From Negaprion brevirostris (Eukaryota), in NCBI GenBank assembly GCA_030324005.1, contig JARDVH010000059.1:74968308-75032307 (forward strand): a stretch of 64,000 nt of DNA, read 5' to 3'. Positions 24,989-38,216 of this stretch are shown here, in pieces (position 1 is the stretch's first letter; each line of letters starts with the position of its first letter). A program made the translations under genes and the position numbers. The notes beneath the pieces are model-generated. The model saw only the letters and a list, made by a program, of their open reading frames with translations, made no database searches and had not been told where the DNA came from.

Positions 24989-27117
24989 CGTAGGTTGTGT
25001 GTTCAGGTGTATGTTGAGATGACCTGTACACAGGATATAATTTGTCAATAGTATGGAAGTTCTCCACACAATCCGTAGCCACACACTCAGCATGTAAGAG
25101 CTGCTAACCAACTCTAAATAAATTATTAATGTTGGTAGTCCTTTGTCACCTTTCCCATGCAACCTAGGAACTTTATATGGTGTCAGGATTTGGCCCAGAT
25201 TGCACAAGGACTTCGCTGCGTCAACCTGTTCATCTTCAACAAAAACATTGTCCACACCTGGAAGAAGTATGATAAAGAAAGGTGCATCGACTGTTATGCC
25301 AGTCTCTCCCACAAGTCAAAGAAAGTACAAACATACACACTGTTGAAATTATAAGGCCTATCTGAACCCTTCATCTCCCAAGGGGAAGAAGGCCAAGAGA
25401 ACGCTGAAGCACTATTAAATAAATTCAAATAGATACACACACCAGTAAAAAACATCATCTTGGACAGACTTGTTTTAACATCACTAACCAGAAACACAAT
25501 GAGCCGGTATAATCATAGGACTTGACTTTGAAAATTCTGGCTTTTGTTTGGTACTTTCACCGATGAATTCCTAAGGGACTGCATAGTGTGTGGAAAACAC
25601 AGCAATGCTATATATGCCAGCAGTTTCTACAAGAAGAAAAAGGCATTATATTAGAATCTGCTATTAGTGCTTGCATGCTACATGAGCAATTGGAGAGAAG
25701 GATGAACTGAGCAGAAAACAGAAGTTTCCCTGATAGAGAACACACCTTGCCCAAGCTGCAGCAGCTAGCATCCATAAACAAATAAGCATTTAACAAACAT
25801 TGTAATAGCTGTGGCAGATAGAATCACTTTGCCAAGTGTTGCAGATCCAAGCCACAGCAATTTACAGTGGAACAGTGGTTAACACTGCTGCTTCACAGTG
25901 CCAGAGGTTCGGGTTCGATTTCTGACTTGGGTCACTATCTGTGTGAAGTTTGTACTTTCTCCCTATGTCTGTGTGTGTTTCCTCTGGGCGCTCCTGTTTC
26001 CTCCCACAGTCCAAAAGACGTGCTGGTTAGGTGCATTGGCCATGCTAAACTCTCCCTCAGTGTTCCGAACAGTTGCCGGGGTGTAGCGACTACAGAATTT
26101 TCACACTGACTTAATTGCAGTGTTAATGTAAGTCTACTTGCAACACTAATAAATGAACTTAAAACTTAACTTGTCACTACCACATGCCACGTTGCAGCCC
26201 TACCAAGGTTCAGAACGCAAACAGAGTGAATGAGCTGGAGACAACTCAAATCAACCAGAGCACTGAGCCTCTCAAAACATTCTACTGCAAAAATGCTGAC
26301 TTTATCACAGGGAAAGGTGAAATATTTGCAATGTTAAATGTTGCCCACAATTGACACAAGAGCAAAATGTAAAGTTCTGCCAAAGCCAATTCTACGAGAA
26401 ATTGATCCCTTTGTGGCATTAGATTTCACCAAAAAGGTAAATCTTATCACATATGGTGGGAAAACCATTCACACGGAAGGTGTAACCACCCTACACCGCA
26501 TTCAGGGCAAGTTCCACTTCCACACAGTTGACCAAGGTGTAAAACTGCTGTTGAGTCTCCAATCCAGCATTGGCTGGAGCTAATCCAACTGAGCCAGATG
26601 GACCCACTCTGCAGCACCAAACCCCAGAGATACCATCCACCCAGTGGACAACAACCCAGGTTCATCTCCACCGCAGCCAACTGGCACAATTACACACTCA
26701 GCGTGCCTGAAGAGACCTAACTCCAAGCTCAAAGACTATGTACTGACTCAGTGTGTAAATGGGCTGTTTTCTTTGAAAATCAAGGGCAGAAGCATTTGAG
26801 GACTTTGCGCCAGATTTGGTGGTCCAGGTCTGTGCTCTATGCGTTGTAAATAGTTAATATTCTGTTATCGCCATCCAACATTGTCATACACATGAGAGTA
26901 CAGGTTGCCACAACAAAAATGGGGGAGATGTGGACTGTGTGTTCATGTGCATGTTGTGATGACCTGTACACACCTGTGACGTGTCAGTAGTATGGGAGTT
27001 CTCCCCAGCATGGGCACACACTCAGCATGTAACAGCTGCTGAAGAACTGCTAAGTACACCATTTATATCTGTTAGACCTTTGTCATCAGTTCTGTGCAAC
27101 CCAACAACTTTGCAACA
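24989..27117 (+). mobile_element. Internally deleted Gypsy-type LTR retrotransposon with both LTRs (24989-25177, 26929-27117)
   Basis: Diverged ~190-bp direct repeats; PBS-like TGGTGTCAGGA at 25178; PPT AAAAATGGGGGAGA before the 3' LTR; protease remnant IDTRAKCKVLP..LITYGGKTI (26350); approximate TSD CACA/CACG. Confidence 0.8.
25863..26168 (+). mobile_element. HE1-type SINE (tail type B) inserted in the Gypsy element
   Basis: Same family consensus; aacttaa repeat tail. Confidence 0.85.
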
Positions 27118-27486
27118 CACGTCCCTGGAAATTGCTGCAGATTTTTGAAACCTACAGTAACATCCTATTTCCCAACCCCAACAGGCAAACTCCCAGGAAT
27201 GTTTGTGCATCAGCATGACCTCAGAAACGAACAAGAGTTCAGTGTTAATGTTTGTGCCCCAACAGAAAATCCAAGCGATTAGTTTCCCATGAAAATGTAG
27301 GTTCACTGCCTGTGTTTGTAGGTGGTGGGAAATGGCTACTTTTCCTCTGGTGGGGTGACCTCACATGCCTGTCTGTCATTCCGACCAAAATTGCTCCCAC
27401 TCTCCCTCATGAAAACAAAAATAGAGCAGCATTCCCACAGGAGAATCCGTTGCCCAAATTTTTAGTACCTGACCAAAGTGAATCAA

Positions 27487-27782
27487 AGTTCATTTATTAA
27501 GTGTCACAAGAAGCCTTATATTAACATTGCAATGAAGTTACTGTGAAAATCCTCAGGTCGTCACACTCCAGCACCTGTTCAGGTACACTGAGGGAGAATT
27601 TAGCGTGGCCAATTCACCTAACATTCTTCAACTGTGGGAGAAAACCAGAGCACCCAGATGAAACCCAGGCAGACACGGGGAGAATGTGCAAACTCCACAC
27701 AGACAGTGACCTAAATCAGGAATTGAACACAGGTGCCTGGCACTGTGAGGCAGCGTGCTAACCACTTTGCACTGTGCCGCGC
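27487..27782 (-). mobile_element. HE1-type SINE (tail type B)
   Basis: Same family consensus. Confidence 0.85.
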
Positions 27783-28549
27783 TAGGTCTGCACAATCCTT
27801 AAAATCAGTTAGACCAAAATACATTAATTAAAACTTCACAGAAATAATTGAAACCAGCAATTTATCCTGCTTCATATCATTGCTTCCACATCAATACTTG
27901 CTGGACAAACCTGAACACTGAATATACAGAGGGATTTTGCTGAGTTAGTGCAGCTGCAGCATAAGGATTTGGGAAATAGAATGAAATGTTGCAATTTCTA
28001 CCACCCCCTCCACCCCCCACCCAACTCCTGACCCCCAGCGCCCACCCAGCACTCCACATTACAATATTGAAATAACGCTCCTACTTCTTTCCTGGGTTTA
28101 GCAATGATTAATATGTGATCCACACTAAAATGTTAGGGTTGCATCGTTTTACCCCATATGTAGTGGAATTTCATAAATTGTCCTTTGTGCTCCAGATTCC
28201 TTGCTGATCTGTGCAGTGTAACTGCATGGCTATAACTGTATACCTGTATAACAGCATCTCTCTGGTATACCATGATGTGCACTTTAGACACAACAATAAT
28301 GTCTACGTCATGTCAATTTTAAAAGGGACAATCTTGTTATTTATCTTCAGTTCTGCCTGGTGTAATTTATCTGTTAATCAAAGTATAAAATGGACGTATG
28401 GAATAATTTTTTCTGATCATGTTGTTTATGTCTAAGGAACCCTCCTTTAAAATGCTTGTTCCAACAAATGATTTCAAAATGTCATAAGATCTTACATTTT
28501 TGGAATTGTTGAGGACAAAAAGATGCTCACACTTATTGGATAGAGTCAG

Positions 28550-29420
28550 GAAGTTACAAATGGCTGCCAGACAGGATGCTCACTCTAACACTCTGGGGTC
28601 ACAGCATGGAAGCCCTGGCAGATGACAGAGTGAATGGAGTTCCAAGACACAGTTACTTCTCCGTGTGTTAACACCTCTGTCCTTCCACTCTGCACCTTCA
28701 CCTTTCAAACATGCAAACAACGTGGGGGAGGAAACACCACTGTCTCTATGTTACACAGCCAACACTGAAAAGGAGATGACCCTGAGAAGCATTTGAACGG
28801 CCAGCTTTCCACACATACAGATAACAGGCTGGGTGGCACATCATTGATGTCAGAAGTGAGAGGAAAATGGCCAGACACTGTGGTGACATTTTACCAAATT
28901 ACACAAACCATGGTCCCTGAGCATGACATCCACAATAAGTGGAGGAAGGAACCATAGTGTGTTCACCTGAGTGACTGCAACACAGCTCTTAATAAAAAGG
29001 AGGCAAACACAGGGGGTGACCTGGAATGAGACACGTTCTATTTACAGGTGTGGACAATATATACATCTTGTGAACACCCATGTCACCATTGTGATCCTAA
29101 CATTTCTTGCCTTCGCTGACCCACTGCTACATCCTGGTGCTTTCCCAATATCCACAGCGGAGATGGAGGTTGCCTGCTGATTGCTTGGCACTAATCACCA
29201 CTGCCACTATCAAGCTAGAGAGGTGTGATCGCTGGTCTTTCTGCAGCCAGAACGGCAGTCAAGGATATCAGAGTGGGCCTCCAAGACATCCAAAATATGT
29301 TTGAAGGTCACGTCAGTGAATCTGGACGTTATATTTCTTTTGGCTTTCAGGGTGACGTCTTCGCTGGATCAATTCTGGGCTGCAAACATTGACAACTGTG
29401 CACACGGCTGTCATTTAAGT
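28550..29420 (-). mobile_element. Second Harbinger-type Myb/SANT ORF remnant
   Basis: Minus-strand SRFTDVTFKHILDVLEAHSDIL resembles the Harbinger Myb N-terminal consensus; heavily decayed. Confidence 0.45.
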
Positions 29421-29424
29421 AAAA

Positions 29425-29721
29425 GTTAAAGTTTATTTATTAGTCACAAGAAGGCTTACATTAACAGTGCAATGAAGTTACTGTGAAAATCCCTAGTCAT
29501 CATACTCTGGTGCCTGTTCAGGCACACTGAGGGAGAATTTAGCACAGCCTGTTCATCTAACCAACACGTCTTTCGGACTGTGGGAGGAAACTGGAACACC
29601 TGGAGGAAACCCATGCAGACAGAGGGACAACATGCAGACTCCACACAGACACAGTGACCCAAGCCAGGAATCAAACCTGGGTCCCTGGCGCTGTGGGGCA
29701 GCAATGCAAACCACTGTGCTA
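29425..29721 (-). mobile_element. HE1-type SINE (tail type B)
   Basis: Same family consensus. Confidence 0.85.
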
Positions 29722-32504
29722 TCAGAGTGAAGAGGTGGTGAGGTAATGGCATGGCCGGTGAACCAGAGGCTATCCACCAGTGAGACAGCCTGTTTCCCGT
29801 GCCTGCAAAATTTATGAAGTGGGAAATGGAGGATATGGAGCAAAAAAAAACACCATTGTAACCAACAAGTAAAGGCTGGTTTTCACACCTGCTACCACAC
29901 TCAGTGCAATTCCAGGAAGATTTCACCCTCTCTGCCTCTCTTTCCACAGATTCTGCCAGACCTTCTGAGAACTTGCAGCATTTTCTGTTTTTGTATACTC
30001 ATGGACCTCCTGTTTCACTGATATTCTTCCAAATGAAACATGAAAACTATCTGAGGTGGAGTGACAGCTACGGGCATTTTAAAGAAAGGTTTCAATGAGG
30101 CCCAAGGAGGAATTTAGGGCCAGCTTCTGGCCTCCTGGTTGGCATTGCACTGTTACCATCACCCAACAATAGGCCAGAGCTAATTCCAACCCTTTGATTA
30201 TGCACTGGACAGTTATCTTCATGGTTGGGTGTTTTCTTGTGAGAACTATTTCACATCTTTCTTTCCTCATATGAAAATGCACCGAAAGATGGAAACAGAC
30301 TAGTTGATCCATTAAACCTCTTCTATTCTAACAGTGAAACCTTCATGCAGCATTGACATTCACAGCCACTCAATCTCCTCGGACAGGCAAAAAAATCAGA
30401 ACCAACTTGAAACTAATTTCTGAAAAACACTCCCAAAGGTAATCAAAAATCTCCAAGGGAGAGTGGTGAGTGAGTGATATGACTGGTCCCAGTTAACTCA
30501 CTTATTTTCTATAATCCGAGATCACTTCCACTTGCAGTGACCCATCCAATTTCCTTTTGAAGACAAGCATCAAACACACATACTTCATATACTGACAACA
30601 TAATCCAGATGTCACCAATTGTCTGGGAAAACAACTTCTTGACACGCAATCTAACTTTACGTTTTCAAAACTTGCACTGAGGTCCCTTTGTCACCCTTAC
30701 TCTATAAAACTCAAATCATGTATTCATTTTAACGTTATCTAGTTAGTTCATTATTTCAAAGATGTCAGTCATAAGTCGAAAATTTTCTAATATTAAGACT
30801 GTCTAAGACTGCCCTGAACAAAGGCCTCACCCACTTCACAAGGCCTCCTTGGAATCTTTCCCAGAGCCCCTATATCCTCCACCAAGTGAGGGAATCTAAA
30901 CTGGACACAGAAGTCTAGAAGTGGCCAGAGCAAGAACTGTGCAAGGTAAAGGTTATACTTCTGAATTTGTCTTTAAATTTCTGGGCGGGCTTGGAAAGTA
31001 CTTTCTCTCTTATTAGCAAAGCCTAAACTTCAGGGTGATACAATTGAGATCTTTAAATTAGTTAAGACATTGGATCCTGCCCAAATGGATGTGTGATTTG
31101 AGCTAAACAGACTGGTGACCAGCAGAGAGTCTTTGCTTGCTCCTAAAGCCAATTCGAATTTAATCCAGTTCTTGGTTTCCACAAGAAAAACATACCAGAT
31201 CCAGGCTGACAAGAAAAGGCATCACACCCGATCTTAGGCTTGATCTGATCCTTGATCTTAGCTAAAAGGCAAAGAAGTGATGTAATTGGGGACTTGTGGT
31301 CGCTTTACCATAAACAAGACCATTAACTGATATATCCTCCTCTTAATTTTTGTTGCAGTCCTGAACTGGAAATATCATACTTCTCATGCTGATTACAGTC
31401 ATATTATGCTAAAGCTACAATTTTCTCATGAGATAGATTTAAATACATAGAACCTTTGTTTTCTGTGTACAGTAAATTGTCTTTGTTCACTTCTGATGCC
31501 ATGTCATACAACTAGGCTTGATGTTTGTCTTGGTTGTAAACAGATTGATGCCTAGAATAACTTTGCAATTGCTAGAGTAAGCAATAAACATTCCAGCCTT
31601 AGCCACATGACCTTTTGTAACTAATTCTCTTTGAGTTGAGTTGTATTCCCATCACTTGATCACCCATTTGATTGGTTGGTCAATGTTTGGCCATATGGTT
31701 GCGATATTAGGGGACTGCTGGCAACTGTGTAACTAGATGTCAAAGTGAAAGACATTGCAGAAAGTCATCAGGAACCTCACATAGCCTGTGCGTCTCCTTT
31801 CAATGCCAAGTTGAAAGAGATGACTATCTTGTATTTACTGTACAACCTAGCTCTTGAGAATTATTAATACGTGATTGGAGAGCAGCTTACCATCTTTTAA
31901 ACAAATGTTAGAATCAAAACAATATCAGCTAAGTTTCTGAATGACTGGACGATTGTAGCTTCCCACGTGTAGCAGGAAAAGCATTTAATCAATTGCTAGT
32001 CTACAACAGTGCAGGATATCCTCTTTGTCTTTGATAGTTTCCTAACGTCAGTGGATAAAAGTTAACTGTAAAATGTTTCCAAAGGACTGTTCCAGGGATT
32101 ACGGCTCAAATGAGTTGTAGGAGACTAAATGTTTTGGTTCATACACTGATGACCTTCCTTGTTTCAGGCAACCCACTGTGTGTGGCTTTAAAAGACATGG
32201 GAGCCAATTCTGGTTTTTGGCAAAAACCGAGCAGATTTTTAAAACAAACATTACATGGAATTTGGGTTTCACTAGCAAGGCCAACATTTGTTGCCTCATC
32301 CCTAATTGTCCTTGGAATGGTGAGTAATGGGCACCAGGCTGCCCACTGGCAATGTCACCCTCTCATCAACAAGACACCCAGTCAAATTTCGTGTTCAAAC
32401 TTCATCCATACTCAGTGAACAGCTCACCAATCTGAGATGGGTTTCCGAATGATCTGGTTACTCCTCCAGAGAAACATGCTGGAAGAAATTTAATTAAATT
32501 ACAA

Positions 32505-33050
32505 GATTAGGGATGTGGAAGGAGATGCAGAGGGTTAAAAGGTTGAGGGGTGGGGATGAGGAAAAGGGATGCGGGTGGGAAGGGGAAGGGGAAGGGAGAA
32601 GAAAATGGGGGAAGGGGAAGGAGAAAAGTGATGGGAATTTGGAATGGTCTTTTATATGGGGAGAAGGATGGAGCTGGAGAAGAAGGAAGCAGAAGCAAAT
32701 GTGAAGGGGTGGGGAAGGAAGGGAAAGGAGATTGGGGGGAGAGAAAGTGGGGGANNNNNNNNNNNNNNNNNNNNNNNNNNNNNNNNNNNNNNNNNNNNNN
32801 NNNNNNNNNNNNNNNNNNNNNNNNNNNNNNNNNNNNNNNNNNNNNNNNNNNNNNAGAAAGGAGGATGTGGGGGAATGATACTGGGTGTTTAGGGGTGGGT
32901 GTAGGGGGGAAAGGAGGAGTGGTGAGGATGGAGAGGGTGGTGGGGAGGGGAAAGGCAAGGAAGGGGGGAGGATCAGGGCAGAAAACTGAGGACATGGTGG
33001 GGTTGCACTCAGTAAATGGGATGAGGGTGTTTCAAATTGGTAGATTGGGA
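32505..33050. repeat. Purine-rich (G/A) low-complexity tract spanning a gap
   Basis: Strong G/A strand bias with many GGG runs. Confidence 0.8.
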
Positions 33051-33299
33051 TGAAGTGCCCATAACACTATAAAGGAATGAACAAAATGGCAACAAGTGAC
33101 AGCATTGTTAACATTGGCAAGACATAATGCCAGAAGTGAGTGTCCAGGAACAAGGTGGATAACTATGAAGAGAGACTGCAGGCAAAAGGATTAATGGTGG
33201 TTCCACAACAGAGGAAGAGAATATGCCAACAACTTTGAGTGGGCCACGAGGCCTCAGGCAGAAACAAAGCCAACGAGCAATGGGAAACTTTGTGGGCTC

Positions 33300-33810
33300 A
33301 AAATCACCCCCTAAATCGCCGGAGGAGTGTAAAGCAGATTTACAAGGATGATTCCAGAACTGAGAGATTACAGCAATTAGAAAAGATTCAACAGGTTGGG
33401 GCTTTATTCCTCAAAATAGAGAAAATTTGGAGTGGGCCTGATAGATAACTTTAAAATCCTAAATGGATTGAATTGCAGAGAGAATGCTTCCATTTATGAC
33501 AGAATCTGAAACCGGGGTCCATAAATACATTAGTTATTAATAAATCCAATAGTGAAACAAGGAAAAATTCTTTTACTCAATGTGTGATTAGAATGTGAAA
33601 CTTGCTAGAACAATAATTGGTCACAGGAAAATAAACTTAAATGATTTAAAAAGGAAAACAAGGTCAGTATACAAGAGAAAAGGGAAGAGAAAGATAAGTT
33701 GAAAGACTGAGATGAGGTTTGAGGAAACTTTTGTGGAGTGCAAATACCAGCATAGGCTAATTGAGCTGAATGGCCTGCTTGTATGTTGTATATTCCAAGT
33801 AATTCTCTAT
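33300..33810 (+). mobile_element. CR1 LINE 3' fragment
   Basis: QIYKDDSRT-type region, nFFTQCVIRM motif, ctgaatggcctg tail. Confidence 0.6.
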
Positions 33811-33827
33811 AAATTCTTGTTGTACAT

Positions 33828-34127
33828 AGTCCCTCGTGTTAGTACACATCTCTCCACAGTCCCTGGTGTCAGTATACATCTCTCCACAGTCCCTGGTGTT
33901 AGTACACATCTCTCCACAGTCCCTGGTGTCAGTACACATCTCTCCACAGTCCCTGGTGTCAGTATACATCTCTCCACAGTCCCTGGTGTCAGTATACATC
34001 TCTCCACAGTCCCTCGTGTCAGTATACATCTCTCCACAGTCCCTCGTGTCAGTACACATCTCTCCACAGTCCCTGGTGTCAGTACACATCTCTCCACAGT
34101 CCCTGGTGTCAGTACACATCTCTCCAC
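33828..34127. repeat. Minisatellite, 10 x 30 bp (AGTCCCTGGTGTCAGTACACATCTCTCCAC)
   Basis: Ten near-perfect units, with variation at only three positions. Confidence 0.97.
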
Positions 34128-35650
34128 TGCCATCGATTGCAAATCACTGCTTCACGCTGGATGTAAATAATCAATTTGGCCAGCAGAGGGCACATGCTAC
34201 CTTGCCCTGTGAACGCATTTCCAAGTATAAAACCCAAACACTGAAATGAAGCTTCCAGGAACCTGGAGTGAAAGCAGAAAACACTCCTGATGCAATGCAG
34301 ACCAGTGAGCATCTGTGAGAGAATAAACATGATTATTTGTGGTGGGAATTGAAGATGGTGACTTTGGTCTTCCCAATATTTAGTTGGAGTAAATTTCTGA
34401 TCACCAAATCCTGGATGTGGGACAGTCAGTCTGATCATTTGGAAATGGTGAAGAGGTTTGGAGTGATATCAAATGATAGCACTTGAAATGGATTTCCAAA
34501 GAAACTACTCCCTCCACGATACCATGGCTCATATTTAGAAAAGCTTCACTTCCATCCCCCATTCTCCTCTAGCTTTTCTTGTACAGAAGCTTATCAAGGA
34601 TGTACAGTATGAATCAGTCCATGCTAGTGTTTATGCTCCTCCAATCTTTCCTTTCCTAAACCTACCATTCTAACTGTCTATTCCTTTATCCCACAAAGGC
34701 TTGTCTAACTTCCCCTTAAATGTATCTATAATAATCGCTTCAGTCTCTCCCAGTCGCAACAGCTTCCACTCTTTGGGTAAAGAATTTCCTTAGGATTTTC
34801 AAATTGATTTTCTTGAAGACTATCTGATTTTTCTCATGGAATATGAGCATTTCTAGAGAGGCCAGCACTGGTGCTCTTTCCTAATTTCTGTTGAGGTAGC
34901 CTCTAGTTATGCCCCACCTACAAGCATAAACCAGAAGTAGGCCTTTTGGCCCATCATTCAATGAGATCATGACTGATCTGATATAATCTTCAACACCATC
35001 ACACCATCACCAAAAAAACCTACGTGCATCTCCATAACTAGGCCTATGTCTGCTGCACCTCAGCTAATCTGCTGCTGTAATCCTCATCCTCACCATTGTC
35101 ACCTCTGGACTTGGCTATTCCAATGCATTCCTTATCGGCCTCCTTTATTCCACCCTCCAAGAACTTGAACTTATCCAAAGCTCACTTCCTATATCTTGAT
35201 TCACATCACATCCCATTTAGTTATAACTCCTCTGCTCGATGACCTACATTGTTTCAGGTTTGGCAACACTTCAATTATAATTTTCTCATCCTGTTTTTAA
35301 ATCCCTCCAAGCCCTTGCCCTTTCCTATTCTATTACCTCCTCCAGTCCCCCGAGACATCAGTGCTGCTTTAATACTGGCCTCTGGAGCATCAATGATCTT
35401 AATCACTCTTCTATTGGTGCCAATGACCTAAACTTGGAATTCAATTAATGGCATCTGGGCAGGGGGAGGGGGCAGCTGGGCTGGAGGGTGGTGATGACGC
35501 TGGGACCATCCAGGCATCTAGGCCAGGAGGGGGAATGCGCCTTGAATATTAAGTCATTCATGACCACCAACTGAAATACAACTAGCTGCTGTTGTTGAAA
35601 TTTCTGTGCTCCTCAAATTCTGCTGTCTTGCATGTCTCTGATTCAAGTAA

Positions 35651-35888
35651 CACATTAAAGAAGCCATCCCCTACAGACAAGCTCTCCGTGTACACAGGAT
35701 CTGCTCAGATGAGGAGGATCGCAACAAGCACCTACAGACGCTGAAAGATGCCCTCATAAAAACAGGATATGGCGCTCAACTTGTCGATCAACAGTTCCAA
35801 CACACCACAGCAAAAAACCGCACTGAGCTCTTCAGGAGACAAACATGGGACACGGCAGACAGAGTACCCTTCGTTGTCCAGTATTTCC
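35651..35888 (+). mobile_element. Penelope-like element ORF fragment (RT thumb/linker)
   Basis: Uninterrupted frame HIKEAIPYRQALRVHRICSDEEDRNKHLQTLKDALIKTGY..DRVPFVVQYF. Confidence 0.8.
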
Positions 35889-36949
35889 TCATGCAAATCT
35901 TTGGTCTGAACAATGACTTGAGTAACTTTAAGCATGAATTATGACCTCATTTTTAAATCAGTTTTAATTTCATATTTGACCATTAATTTCCTGCTGACTT
36001 TAGCTATTTTAACCATATTGTGTATTTAATCTCATCATGTTTCTGTTGCTGGCTAAGATGATCTACTCCAAGATTCCACTTATAATTCTTTTCCATGTTT
36101 GACTTATTTTTATATTTATGCCCTCCATTTTTCTGATATTATTATTTTGGTCCACCTTCTATTCTTCTATTCTGAAGGAGAATCCACACCGGAAAAAGAC
36201 TTTGGGCCCGATTTTACCATCGCGTCGTGCCTGTTTTCAGGCATGAAAGCTTGATAAAGTTGGGCGTGAGGCGGTTAGCGCCCTCGTCTGTACAGATTCC
36301 TACTTTACCAAGGCCTAAAAATGGCTGCAATCTGAACTGTGCCTGAAACGGGCACAATGGCAATTTAAATGTATTTGCATGCATTTAACTTAAATTAATG
36401 GGCTGCCCGCCCAACTTTACCAGTGTTTCTCCCTTTACCATCGTGTTCGCCTGTCCAGATTCAGCACGAAACAGACATGCTCAGCAAAGATCTGTTTTGG
36501 GCACTCTAGCTTCTGAAGATGTAAGTTCAGAGCTTCCAATGACCCTAACTCAGATCAGTGGTCGGGGGGGAGGAAGGAGGCCAGAAGGTTCCCTGATGTG
36601 GGAGGGGACGGGGCTTGAGGGTCAGTTCGCCCTCTGGTGGGGGGAGATGGAGGGCCAGATTGCTGTCTGTTGCACGGGAAGAGGGAGGTGGGTCAGATAT
36701 ATCNNNNNNNNNNNNNNNNNNNNNNNNNNNNNNNNNNNNNNNNNNNNNNNNNNNNNNNNNNNNNNNNNNNNNNNNNNNNNNNNNNNNNNNNNNNNNNNNN
36801 NNNTGGAGCGGGGGAGTGGGTGCTTGGATGCTGCGGGGCCGTTGGGGGGCGGAGGGGCTCGAGCGGGCCGGGCTGCCGTTACAGGGAACACAGCCTCGAG
36901 CCAGCACGCGGCAGTTAACGGTCGGGTGGAGGTGGGTCACTTGGTGAAC

Positions 36950-37725
36950 ATGTGGCGCTGGGCGCTGGCGGCGACGCTGCTGCTGCTGTCAGGGGAGTCA
37001 GGCGGAGTGTGGAGGTAGGCGACCAGACAAAGAGAGTGAGTGAGTCAACCCAGCCAGTAAACACCCCATTCCTGATATCTGTATTCAAAACATGTCTTAG
37101 GAAAGGGGTTTGCGCAACCAACATCCTAAAGAGTGTGTTCCAAAAAGGATGCGCTATTTTCAGTTAGCACAAAATTCCAGAGTTGTGAACAATATCTGAG
37201 GGAAACCAATTGATTCCTCACCCTGGATAATATACAGAGCAAGGGATTTATTTGTTTTCATATGATTACTGAATAAATTCCCACAGGGAATGCAGTTCTT
37301 TTACTGAATCCATACCCTTATCCTGTTAATAATGAGACATAAATGATAAAAGCCAAACTGTGTTAAATTCGTATTTGCCTTCAATGTTATTTTTAGTAGG
37401 TTTCTTCTGCTAGGTCCTATCAAAGTATGGTTCTTTAGTCTTTCAGCTGTAACTTTGGAGTGACTCTGCCCCTATGTATTTTTAACAACGTGCTTTAATA
37501 TACTGTATTGGCCAATATCAGTATTGTTATTATAGGACAGTTCTGCAAAATGGCAAACAATAATACAACCTGGTTTCGTCCATGGACTCTCAATCTTCAG
37601 GATTTGCCTTCAAGGAGGTGGACTTCTGACTCCTGAGGACTTAGAAGGAAGATGCTGCACCTTTACACTATTTGTCTGCCTTGGGCTGTATATGCATCTC
37701 TATCCTTCTAGTTGTTCTTCATCCC
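36950..37725 (+). pseudogene. Decayed intronless SID-1 transmembrane family (SIDT-like) sequence, N-terminal ectodomain to TM1
   Basis: Signal-peptide-like MWRWALAATLLLLSG, then colinear frameshifted motifs KSVFQK-DALF (37129), QSKGFICF (37235), MQFFY and PVNNET (37290-37339), KPNCVKFVF, VSSARSYQSMVL, CP, NNV, IGQYQ, LFVCLGLYMHLY-LLVVL (37668-37719). They resemble remembered SIDT2 motifs KNVSQKDAEF, IQFFY..PVNTT, CPVYDLDNNVAFIGMYQ and MLFCLGIFLSFYLLTVLL. Confidence 0.6.
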
Positions 37726-38216
37726 ATCAAGCTGACATCACCAGTATGAGATAAGCTGTTTCCAATCTCTTACTTGTGCCATGATTAAAACCGTTTATTT
37801 CCACCTCCATATCATCCCTGTGCACACTGACCTACATTAACTCTCAGTCGAGCAATGTCTTGATTATAAAATTCTGCTCTTTGTTTTCAAATCCCTCAAT
37901 GTCCCAGTCGTTCCCTAGCTCTATAATCTGCTCCATCCCCACAATCCTCTGAATGTGTGCAATGATCTGGCTGAGCCTTCAATTGCTTCTGCTCTAAGTA
38001 ATGGCACACCTTCCAACATCTTTCTGCCTCACCCTCCTTTGAAATACTTTTTAAAATCTGCCCCTTTAACCAAATCTTTGGTCATCTGACCTGATACTTT
38101 GTTCTATAATGCTCCTGTGAATTGCTTTGAGATGTTTTAATATTATAAAGACGCTGTATAAATTGTTTCCAATATATCCTAAATCTGCAATCTCCATTCC
38201 TAGCTTACAAATCTAG

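Noticed and set aside
32494-33053. Pro/Ser-rich and Gly/Lys-rich ORFs
   Set aside because: Translation of a low-complexity purine tract spanning a gap
33712-34249. Long repetitive ORFs in four frames (VPGVSTHLST repeats etc.), superficially also CRISPR-like periodicity
   Set aside because: A pure tandem 30-mer with no unique spacers; no splice or coding context
1-36000. Exons of expected syntenic neighbours such as stmn2
   Set aside because: I recognised no stathmin-like coding exons; they probably lie outside the window, though small exons could have been missed by eye
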